From the IMG/VR virus record IMGVR_UViG_2681813186_000009: a stretch of DNA of 6,332 nucleotides. One strand, given 5' to 3'. Under the pieces are notes generated by a model. It did no database searches. It was not told the DNA's origin and saw only the letters and a program-made list of their open reading frames with translations. This document shows, piece by piece, positions 1-6,251 of the stretch (within the stretch, counting starts at the first letter, position 1; the number at the start of each line of letters is the position of its first letter). A program made the translations under genes and the position numbers. This DNA is from a virus (taxonomy: Duplodnaviria; Heunggongvirae; Uroviricota; Caudoviricetes).

Positions 1-3000
1 GCACCCGCTGGTCAATCAGCTGCACAAGACTGCCTGCCGCCTCCGGCCCTATCTGGCCATTAGTCCCGTCATTCTGAATGGCGATATGGTAGACCGGGGA
101 ATACACCAGACCCGCACTGCCGTTCATACTACCCACCGCGCGCACACCCAGCGAGCCATCCGCCGCCCGCGTCAGAGGCATAATGGCTTCAGGTCCGGCC
201 TCCCCCATCAGCCCGGCCCCTTTTGCAAAGGCAAAGTACGTGGGCGTATCCACAATACTGTTGCTGTACGCACTCAGGTTTGCCGAGGTATACACGCCGC
301 CTTTTGCATTGGCCACCGCCCCGCCCAGCCAGTCACCAATGCTGCCGAGAAATCCTCCCGCACCGGACATACCGTTTGCCGCCGTCTTAATTCCGTTGAC
401 AATCGCGGCATTCATAAGAACTTTTGATATTTCCTGCAGCACTGATGAGGCCCAGCTGCGCCATTCCACTTTATTCCCGTTCAGCATCTCCGTGATGTTA
501 TTCACCATCCCTGAGATACCCTCCGTCGCAAGCTGTGCTGCCTGTGAGGCGTAATCGGACGCATTATCCACCCAGTTACTGAACCCCTCCTGCAGCCCTT
601 TCTGCCAGTCCGCACGCTGCACATCCGATTCGGCATAAAAGGCTGCCTGGTCCTTAAGGCGTTCGCTCAGATACTGCGCGTTCTGTGCCCGTGCCTGTCT
701 GTAAAAATCCTCACTGATATCCCCGGTCTGATACTGAGACTGAAGGTCCGCATCCTTCTGGCGGAAGCTGTCGCGGATCTGCTGCAACTCCCGCATGCGT
801 TCCCTGGCTCGTTCTCCCTGCCCGTATCCCAGCAGTTCGGCTTCATTTGATGCACGCGCAGCCACATTATCATTCTTCAGGGTCTCTTCCCGGGATCGCA
901 ACTGTTCCCGGATTTTTTGCTGGTCAATCAGGGCCGCGTTACGCAGCAGTTCCTGCTTCTGCATCTCCGTCAGGGTTTTCAGTTCGCCCTGCGCAGTCTG
1001 GTACTTCAGCTTCGCCAGCTCTGTATTCTGACCCGCCAGTGCCAGTTGCTCTTTCTGCTGCTTCAGTAGCCGGGAAAAACTGTCTTCCGCTTTTTCCGTC
1101 TCTGATTTTCCACCCCGGGATTTAGGTTTGTTCGCCTCGTTATTACGCCAGGCTTCCAGAGCATTACTGATATAACGCTGTCTCGCCTCCTGATACGAAT
1201 CCCCCACAAAACCAAGGTCATCCGCCGCATACCCCAGCCGGGCACGCTCTTTTTCTTCCCCTTTCAGTCTGGACAGGGCCAGCTCACGCTCTGTTTTTGT
1301 CAGGGCACTCTGCTGTTTATCATCCAGAGTGGCCTGTGGCAGCCGTAACGGCACATTCACCAGTCCCTGCCGCTGCTGAAGCAGTTCATTACCCAGCCCC
1401 AGCAGACGGTTGAATTCCGTATGCTGACCGTTCATAACCAGCATGGACTGGTACACCTTATTCTGCTCTGCCGCCTGCTGACGAATTAACGCCACACGAC
1501 GGTCTTCCAGCCCGGCAAGCACATCCTGAATGGACTGCGCTTTTTCCTGCATCTGTGCCAGACGGGACTGCTCAACGGCAAGCTGCTCTGTTGCCTGAGC
1601 AAGCCCTTCCGTTACGGTCTTCACCGAGGTCAGATGGTTTATCATGAATCCGTCACCGGTCGTCCAGCCCGGGTTCGCCAGAACATACTGATATCCTGCG
1701 ATTTTTTCCTGCAGGGATTTCACCCGACTGGCCTGTTCATCAATCAGCCGGTTCTGCTCTGTCAGCGCCGCCCGTGTTCGTCCTTCATTATCTGAGGCTT
1801 CAGGCAGAGACATTGACGGCGTTTTATGCGCGATTTCATCTATCGTCAGTGCATACTGGCGCGCAGACTCCCTGGCCTGCTCCTGATTCTGGTACAGCGT
1901 GTACCATGCTGCAGCCCCCAGCATCACCAGTCCGGGTACGCCACCAACCAGCCCCAGCGCACCGCTCATCAGACGTGAGCCCACCGCCGTTGTACTGTTC
2001 AGCGCATTCTGGGCGGCGCTTCTGGCAGCAATATTTCTGTTCAGGCGTTCCTGTGTGGCCGCCAGACGGGCCTCTGCTGCAATCTGCATCTCCGTCCCGC
2101 GGGCTGCCGCCACGGCCTGCTGAGCACGGTACACGGCTGCTCTTGCCCGCGCCGTGGCAATCTGCGTTCCCCTGAACTGTGCTTCCGCCAGTGCAACTTC
2201 ATTACGTGCAGCCGTCACAAGTCCTGCCGTGGCAGACATCGCTCCGGAGGCCATATTGCCAAAGTACCGGGCAACCCCGACGGCAACCAGTGCCCCCACG
2301 GCTGTTGCCACATTATCAATCTGTCCGGCAACACCGTTCAGCACGCCGGAGAGCGTTTTCGTCACCCCGCTGGCCTCATTCGCACCGCCCACCCAGGCCA
2401 TAAAGGCGTTTTCCACCTTCGTGATACTACTGGAAACCGTTTCCGGCATGGCCGCATATTCATCACGTAATATCCCCAGCTGGCTGATTAACGCGGGGAC
2501 CACTTTATCCGCTGTCAGTTTTCCGTCATCCGCCATTGCCTTCAGATCTTTACGGGCCACGCCCATACCCGCAGCCAGTGCACGTACGATCCGGTCACCA
2601 CTTTCATTGACCGAATTAAACTCCTCACCACGCAATACACCCTGCGCCAGCGCCTGACTGAACTGGGTGATCACCGAGCCCGCCTCTGCCGTACTGGCAC
2701 CGGAGATTTTCAGCCCTGTCGAAATGGCCTCCGTCACCTTCAGCACATCATCAGCACTGTAACCATATTCACGCATTGAGGCGGCTGAGCGGGCAAACAG
2801 GGCCGCATTATCCGAAAATGCGGTGCCTGTCCGCTGGCTGATATCCATCAGCACTTTCTGTGATGACGAAAATTCATCAGATGACTGCGACGCCTGTTTC
2901 AGACGGGCATTCACGGAACTCCACTCATCCGCCAGTGAAATCAGGTGTCCGGTGGCAAAGGCACCGGCAAACGCACCGGTCATTCCGACAGCCGAAGCGC

Positions 3001-3193
3001 GGATTTCCGTCAACTGGCTGTGCAGCTCAGCCAGAGCCCGGCGCTGCTCCCTGGCTGCCGCAGCAGCCTGACGTCCGCCATTCTGCAGGGTCCGGTAATA
3101 TTCACTGCCCATACGGGACGCCCGCTGGATCTCCGACTGGAATGACTGTGAATTTGCCGAAATTTTGATAATCAGTTCACGTAACGTCGCCAT
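1..3193 (-). CDS. Tail tape measure protein (lambda-family), N-terminus and ~1064 codons present; C-terminal end truncated by the window start
   Basis: ATG at 3193-3191 preceded in frame by TGA, with SD-like GGAGAAAGG (revcomp of 3197-3205). I hand-checked the frame at ~3190-3120, ~2300-2230, ~2000-1950, ~1020-975 and 110-2 and found no stops; the ORF track probably omits it because it lacks a stop inside the window. N-terminus MATLRELIIKISANSQSFQSEIQRASR. Long Ala/Gln/Arg/Glu-rich coiled-coil-like stretches, two Gly/Ala/Val-rich hydrophobic segments (~2215-2310 and ~1886-1960), and a C-terminal region ending ...HIAIQNDGTNGQIGPEAAGSLVQLIDQRV that resembles, from memory, the C-terminus of lambda gpH. 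Position directly downstream of the chaperone pair fits. Confidence 0.85.
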   Translation of the reverse strand, partial: MATLRELIIKISANSQSFQSEIQRASRMGSEYYRTLQNGGRQAAAAAREQRRALAELHSQLTEIRASAVGMTGAFAGAFATGHLISLADEWSSVNARLKQASQSSDEFSSSQKVLMDISQRTGTAFSDNAALFARSAASMREYGYSADDVLKVTEAISTGLKISGASTAEAGSVITQFSQALAQGVLRGEEFNSVNESGDRIVRALAAGMGVARKDLKAMADDGKLTADKVVPALISQLGILRDEYAAMPETVSSSITKVENAFMAWVGGANEASGVTKTLSGVLNGVAGQIDNVATAVGALVAVGVARYFGNMASGAMSATAGLVTAARNEVALAEAQFRGTQIATARARAAVYRAQQAVAAARGTEMQIAAEARLAATQERLNRNIAARSAAQNALNSTTAVGSRLMSGALGLVGGVPGLVMLGAAAWYTLYQNQEQARESARQYALTIDEIAHKTPSMSLPEASDNEGRTRAALTEQNRLIDEQASRVKSLQEKIAGYQYVLANPGWTTGDGFMINHLTSVKTVTEGLAQATEQLAVEQSRLAQMQEKAQSIQDVLAGLEDRRVALIRQQAAEQNKVYQSMLVMNGQHTEFNRLLGLGNELLQQRQGLVNVPLRLPQATLDDKQQSALTKTERELALSRLKGEEKERARLGYAADDLGFVGDSYQEARQRYISNALEAWRNNEANKPKSRGGKSETEKAEDSFSRLLKQQKEQLALAGQNTELAKLKYQTAQGELKTLTEMQKQELLRNAALIDQQKIREQLRSREETLKNDNVAARASNEAELLGYGQGERARERMRELQQIRDSFRQKDADLQSQYQTGDISEDFYRQARAQNAQYLSERLKDQAAFYAESDVQRADWQKGLQEGFSNWVDNASDYASQAAQLATEGISGMVNNITEMLNGNKVEWRSWASSVLQEISKVLMNAAIVNGIKTAANGMSGAGGFLGSIGDWLGGAVANAKGGVYTSANLSAYSNSIVDTPTYFAFAKGAGLMGEAGPEAIMPLTRAADGSLGVRAVGSMNGSAGLVYSPVYHIAIQNDGTNGQIGPEAAGSLVQLIDQRV

Positions 3194-3209
3194 TCACCTT
3201 TCTCCGGGC

Positions 3210-3235
3210 AAAAAAAACCTGCCACAGCAGGTTTT
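3210..3235 (-). terminator. Intrinsic-terminator-like hairpin between chaperone stop and tape measure start
   Basis: Minus-strand sequence AAAACCTGC-TGTG-GCAGGTTTT gives a 9-bp stem with 4-nt loop, followed by a run of 8 T (revcomp of the A run at 3210-3217). It lies in the 51-nt gap between the TAA at 3245-3247 and the tape measure SD. An A-tract upstream and T-tract downstream make it symmetric on both strands. Confidence 0.5.
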
Positions 3236-3244
3236 CATCATTAT

Positions 3245-3924
3245 TTATGACATTGCTGCAAGGCTCAGCGCGTCTTCCAGCGCCGCAAACGGATCCACCT
3301 CCGGCTTATCCTCATCCTCGCCCCAGCAGAGCATGGCGTCCTTCAGTGCAACATTCATCCCCTGTGCCCCGAAAACCGCTTTCACGATCTGTGCATTACG
3401 GATATCCCCGCGCTCATCACCCAGCGGGGATACCCTGTCGAACTCCATCCACATCATCGCCTCGCTCGCACTCAGGCTGTGCCGCAGTTCGGATAAGGTG
3501 CGCCCCAGACGGAGCGCAAGTCGCATCAGAAAGCGAATTTCCGGGCGGGCTACTTTTTTCTGGCCGACTCTGCATCAGCGATCAGTTCCAGTGCCTGACG
3601 CAGCAACCGGGCATGTACCGGACCATAGACGGCCAGCACCTGCTCACGGTCGTCCGGAGTGAACACCCGTTGCAGGTCAGTATCACACAGGACATCGCAG
3701 AACAGCGTCACATCCGCTTCCAGGTTACGGCGGGTTTTCGCCACCACCGACAGGGTATCGTCATCCTCTCCATCACCATTGAGCACTTCCTGCCACAGAT
3801 ACCAGGCCTCTGCCGAAGGCTCCCGCAGCACCACGCTGACATTTCTCCATTCCGGCACCTTCACCGTTTTATGACGGAACCCCGACAGTCTGGCCAGCGC
3901 CAGTGTTTTCAGATCTTTTGCCAT
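3245..3924 (-). CDS. Predicted -1 frameshift fusion product of the tail assembly chaperone (G-T analogue), about 226 aa
   Basis: The -1 frame is open from upstream of the slippery site (...KKVARPEIRFLMRLALRLGRTLSELRHSLSASEAMMWMEFDRVSPLGDERGD...) to TAA at 3247-3245. The ATG at 3526 has no recognisable SD upstream. The downstream segment resembles the lambdoid minor tail protein T family as I recall it. Chaperone followed by a -1 frame extension, then tape measure, is the conserved arrangement. Confidence 0.65.
3550..3924 (-). CDS. Tail assembly chaperone (functional analogue of lambda gpG), 124 aa
   Basis: ATG at 3924-3922, 5 nt after the major tail TAA; stop TAG at 3552-3550. Small acidic protein (MAKDLKTLALARLSGF...DGEDDDTL...ADAESARKK) located between the major tail and tape measure genes, the conserved chaperone position. 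Ends directly on a slippery heptamer. Confidence 0.7.
   Translation of the reverse strand: MAKDLKTLALARLSGFRHKTVKVPEWRNVSVVLREPSAEAWYLWQEVLNGDGEDDDTLSVVAKTRRNLEADVTLFCDVLCDTDLQRVFTPDDREQVLAVYGPVHARLLRQALELIADAESARKK
3553..3559 (-). promoter_or_regulatory. Slippery heptanucleotide A_AAA_AAG for -1 programmed ribosomal frameshifting
   Basis: Minus strand reads GCC AGA AAA AAG TAG in the chaperone frame. The heptamer A AAA AAG (3559-3553) is the X_XXY_YYZ type also used by E. coli dnaX and sits immediately before the 0-frame stop. The -1 frame continues AAA AAA GTA GCC CGC CCG... Confidence 0.65.
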
Positions 3925-3929
3925 AAGCC

Positions 3930-4646
3930 TTATCCGCCCGCACCATTAACCGTTACTGTACACGCATCAGAGGTAATGCTCTGCGGCTGTTCTGCAGAAT
4001 CCGTTACCTCGCAGGTATAAGCCCCCTTATCACCTGACTGCGTATTGGCTTTACTGAAAGTGTCAGTAGTCTGTCCCTCTACCGGCTGACCATCCTTCTT
4101 CCAGGCGTGTTTATAAGGCGGCGTTCCCCCGTTGACACTGACTGACATTGTCAGCAGCGCACCGGTATTCACGGTAAGTGTCTTCTCCAGATTTTTCACA
4201 AACGCCAGCGGTACCACATAGGACACCGGTTTACCCTTCAGGCGAAGTGAAAACGTTGCAGCCACCACGCCGTTGGTACCGGATGACCAGGTGTGCTGAC
4301 GCACTTCCGCCAGGAACTTAAAGCCCTTACCGGACGGAAACTGCACCTTAAACGCATACACCGTGTCATTGTCATAGGCATCACGCAGGGCGTTCTGGGC
4401 CTGATTCAGATAAAAATTACCCGACATGGAAATCTCGGACGACGCCCCCAGACCGTTGATGTTCTCCTGCTCTGTGGAGCAGAGCGTGGTCACATCAATA
4501 TCCTGTTTCTGACCGGCGGTGAACTGGACTTCCTTGATGGTGCAGTCCAGGCGCAGATATTCCGCCTTATCCATAGTTTCAGCAGTCGCCGGGGCAGATG
4601 AAATCATCACCTGCGTCAGCTGTGAGCGTTCATACAAAGCAGACAT
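3930..4646 (-). CDS. Major tail (tube) protein with C-terminal Ig-like domain, 238 aa
   Basis: ATG at 4646-4644 preceded by a perfect AGGAGG (revcomp of 4651-4656) with 4-nt spacer; stop TAA at 3932-3930. The track's longer GTG-initiated version (to 4715) is rejected. C-terminal ~90 aa (…SVSVNGGTPPYKHAWKKDGQPVEGQTTDTFSKANTQSGDKGAYTCEVTD…CTVTVNG) has an Ig (I-set-like) signature, as known for phage major tail proteins. Position upstream of the chaperone pair fits. Confidence 0.85.
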   Translation of the reverse strand: MSALYERSQLTQVMISSAPATAETMDKAEYLRLDCTIKEVQFTAGQKQDIDVTTLCSTEQENINGLGASSEISMSGNFYLNQAQNALRDAYDNDTVYAFKVQFPSGKGFKFLAEVRQHTWSSGTNGVVAATFSLRLKGKPVSYVVPLAFVKNLEKTLTVNTGALLTMSVSVNGGTPPYKHAWKKDGQPVEGQTTDTFSKANTQSGDKGAYTCEVTDSAEQPQSITSDACTVTVNGAGG

Positions 4647-4650
4647 TCTG

Positions 4651-4656
4651 CCTCCT
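4651..4656 (-). promoter_or_regulatory. Shine-Dalgarno AGGAGG for the major tail gene
   Basis: Plus strand CCTCCT at 4651-4656 equals AGGAGG on the minus strand, 4 nt upstream of ATG 4646. It is the strongest RBS in the window, consistent with the high copy number of tube protein. Confidence 0.7.
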
Positions 4657-4661
4657 GATAA

Positions 4662-4684
4662 TAAAAAACCCGCACGCGGCGGGG
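4662..4684 (-). terminator. Intrinsic-terminator-like GC-rich hairpin plus U-tract upstream of the major tail gene
   Basis: Minus-strand sequence CCCCGCCGCGTGCGGG-TTTTTT-A-TT: 5-bp GC stem (CCCGC/GCGGG, revcomp of plus 4669-4673 and 4679-4683), 5-nt loop, then T6. It lies in the 65-nt gap between the TGA at 4714-4712 and the major tail SD. A longer outer stem AAAACCC/GGGTTTT is an alternative fold. Confidence 0.45.
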
Positions 4685-4711
4685 TATGGGTTTTGTAGAA
4701 AAAAGAAAAAG

Positions 4712-5056
4712 TCACACCGTGACCTGAAACTCCAGGGTTGCACGGTAACAGCGGTTTTCCGGAATATAGTCCTGCATTTCACTGACGGATCCCGGGGCCA
4801 GCAGCATTATGGCTTCACGGGCGTCCTGACGTATCTGACGCGCCTGCGTCACAGTCCCGGCATAAACGTCTATCTGCACCGACACTGAGGACTCCGCCTG
4901 CCCGCCCATCACGTCCGCCGACACCGATGAAATCAGGCTGAAAACCACCCACGGAAGCGCCACCGACGGCCTGCCATCCAGCAGGGGGACCACATACGGG
5001 TACACCTGCCCGCCGGCAAGATGCGCCAGATGAGGATACAAATCCGCCTCCGTCAT
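4712..5056 (-). CDS. Tail completion / tail terminator-like protein (DUF3168-like, functional analogue of lambda gpU), 114 aa
   Basis: ATG at 5056-5054 overlaps the upstream stop as ATGA; SD-like GAGGT about 9 nt upstream; stop TGA 4714-4712. Sequence (…YPYVVPLLDGRPSVALPWVVFSLIS…VQIDVYAG…) fits my recollection of the DUF3168 tail-completion family. It is the last gene before the major tail gene. Confidence 0.6.
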   Translation of the reverse strand: MTEADLYPHLAHLAGGQVYPYVVPLLDGRPSVALPWVVFSLISSVSADVMGGQAESSVSVQIDVYAGTVTQARQIRQDAREAIMLLAPGSVSEMQDYIPENRCYRATLEFQVTV

Positions 5057-5499
5057 CGTCTCAGTACCTCATCAATGGCCCGGTTCATCCGCGCAATCGC
5101 CACCTGTGCCGCCTGTTCACTGCGCACATCAAATGCCGGGCGCACAAACGGGTGCGGTGGCATATTCACGGTCCCCATTTCCACAAACCGCCAGTAGAAA
5201 GCGTTGCGCGGGTTATCCGCCTTCATGGTGTTATCGCTGTTACCGGTGTCCGGATTAACACCCCGGATATGCACACCGGATTCCATCCCGCCATCGCGGG
5301 AGCGCCGGGAAAGGACCACCACATTGCGGCGCAGTTTTCCCCTGCGTACCGGTGCCCGTGACACCACTTCTTCTTTCAGCACATTCGCACCCGCACGGGT
5401 TGCCTCACGCAGCACCCGGTTATTTTCCGCACCACTCAGAAGCTGCAAATCGCGGCTGATGTCCTCCAGCCCCGAAAAATCCAGCAGGGTTTCGATCAT
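5053..5499 (-). CDS. HK97 gp10-family head-tail joining (neck) protein, 148 aa
   Basis: ATG at 5499-5497 overlaps the upstream stop as ATGA; SD GGGAGGT upstream; stop TGA 5055-5053. Motifs …VSRAPVRRGKLRRNVVV… and …FYWRFVEMGTVNMPPHPFVRPAFD… match the HK97 gp10-like family pattern as I recall it. Confidence 0.7.
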   Translation of the reverse strand: MIETLLDFSGLEDISRDLQLLSGAENNRVLREATRAGANVLKEEVVSRAPVRRGKLRRNVVVLSRRSRDGGMESGVHIRGVNPDTGNSDNTMKADNPRNAFYWRFVEMGTVNMPPHPFVRPAFDVRSEQAAQVAIARMNRAIDEVLRR

Positions 5500-5846
5500 T
5501 TTTCACCTCCCAGCCGACAGAGAATTTCCAGACGTCCGCCGGTCGCATCCGGCACGGGCAGCCCGACAACGTTCAGGATCCGGTCACGCCAGGGACCACT
5601 CAGCACATGAAGTCGTGACGCTGCCGTGATTTCCCGACCGGACTGACCGCGCACCCAGATGCGGATTTCCGCCTGCGCCATTTCCGCACCAGACTGCATC
5701 CGCTCCCGGCTGCTCCTGCCACGGATATCCGCATGAATTTTCCCGCATGACACCCATTCTTCCGTCATTTCTCCGGCAGCATTACGGGTTAACACCGGGT
5801 TCAGAACACTTATCATCTGTGTCAGACGACCTGCAGATATTGCCAT
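5496..5846 (-). CDS. Head-tail adaptor / head closure protein (phage head-tail joining family), 116 aa
   Basis: ATG at 5846-5844 with GAGGAGGGGG SD that overlaps the TGA stop of the upstream connector gene; stop TGA 5498-5496. Size, position and sequence (…GRLTQMISVLNPVLTRNAAGEMTEEWVSCGKIHADIRG…AQAEIRIWVR…) are consistent with the head closure/adaptor family. Confidence 0.65.
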   Translation of the reverse strand: MAISAGRLTQMISVLNPVLTRNAAGEMTEEWVSCGKIHADIRGRSSRERMQSGAEMAQAEIRIWVRGQSGREITAASRLHVLSGPWRDRILNVVGLPVPDATGGRLEILCRLGGEK

Positions 5847-5855
5847 TCCCCCTCC

Positions 5856-6182
5856 TCATAACACCGTCGGACAACGCAAATCGTAAATCAGCACGGAAAC
5901 AGAAAACGGCAGCTCCCCCTGAATCAGTTCTTCCCGCTCCGCAAGATCCGGATTCCGGTACAGCATCCCGGTCAGTCGCATGGCAGCCCCCTTCATCCGG
6001 GTTAATGCCTCGCCCGGGATCAGTTCACCGTCCTCACGAATCACTTTATCCCGGCTGCCCTGAATGTAGGCCAGCAGCACGGCGGTAGCCTGACGAACCT
6101 TGTCCATCAGCATGTCATCATCCGCGTCATGGTCGACACGCAGATGTGCCTTGATCTCTTCCAGTGTCAGTAATGCCGTCAT
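5856..6182 (-). CDS. Head-tail connector protein (phage gp6-like family), 108 aa
   Basis: ATG at 6182-6180 with AGGAGG (revcomp of 6189-6194) and 6-nt spacer; stop TGA 5858-5856. N-terminus MTALLTLEEIKAHLRVDHDADDDMLMDKVRQATAVLLAYIQG is the characteristic signature of gp6-like head-tail connector proteins; first gene of the head-tail joining cluster. Confidence 0.75.
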   Translation of the reverse strand: MTALLTLEEIKAHLRVDHDADDDMLMDKVRQATAVLLAYIQGSRDKVIREDGELIPGEALTRMKGAAMRLTGMLYRNPDLAEREELIQGELPFSVSVLIYDLRCPTVL

Positions 6183-6251
6183 TTTCCGCCTCCTGCATCC
6201 CGTCCCCGTTTGGCAGCCAGCGTCCAGCCAGATGCATGCGCATCCCCCGGT

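Noticed and set aside
667-1245. Short minus-strand ORFs 667-873 and 1063-1245
   Set aside because: They lie in alternative frames inside the tape measure gene, are short, and have unconvincing starts. Most likely chance ORFs.
86-3168. Multiple plus-strand ORFs (e.g. 86-427, 183-554, 1774-2175, 2154-2657, 2860-3168) overlapping the tape measure gene
   Set aside because: All are antisense to a single continuous minus-strand ORF with verified frame and RBS. Their translations are Ala/Pro/Ser/Arg-rich mirror artefacts of the Ala/Gln/Glu/Arg-rich tape measure coding strand.
3245-3526. The 93-aa minus ORF treated as an independent gene starting at ATG 3526
   Set aside because: No SD upstream of ATG 3526, and its frame is open upstream all the way to the slippery heptamer at the chaperone stop. 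Expression as a -1 frameshift extension is the better explanation.
3247-4020. 257-aa plus-strand ORF, antisense to the chaperone pair and the major tail gene
   Set aside because: No Shine-Dalgarno upstream of its ATG (gttttcatcattattt-ATG). Pro/Arg/Ser/His-rich low-complexity translation typical of the antisense strand of GC-rich coding DNA. It fully overlaps well-supported minus-strand genes.
4647-4715. N-terminally extended major tail ORF starting at GTG 4715 (track ORF 3930-4715)
   Set aside because: The extension would run through the hairpin and U-tract and lacks an RBS, whereas ATG 4646 has a perfect AGGAGG at optimal spacing. The track appears to count GTG as a start.
4711-4723. Inverted repeat GTCAC-ACC-GTGAC overlapping the stop codon of the tail-completion gene
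   Set aside because: A 5-bp arm palindrome of this size is expected by chance in a 6-kb window, and it has no flanking signal (promoter-like hexamers, repeat copies) to suggest an operator.
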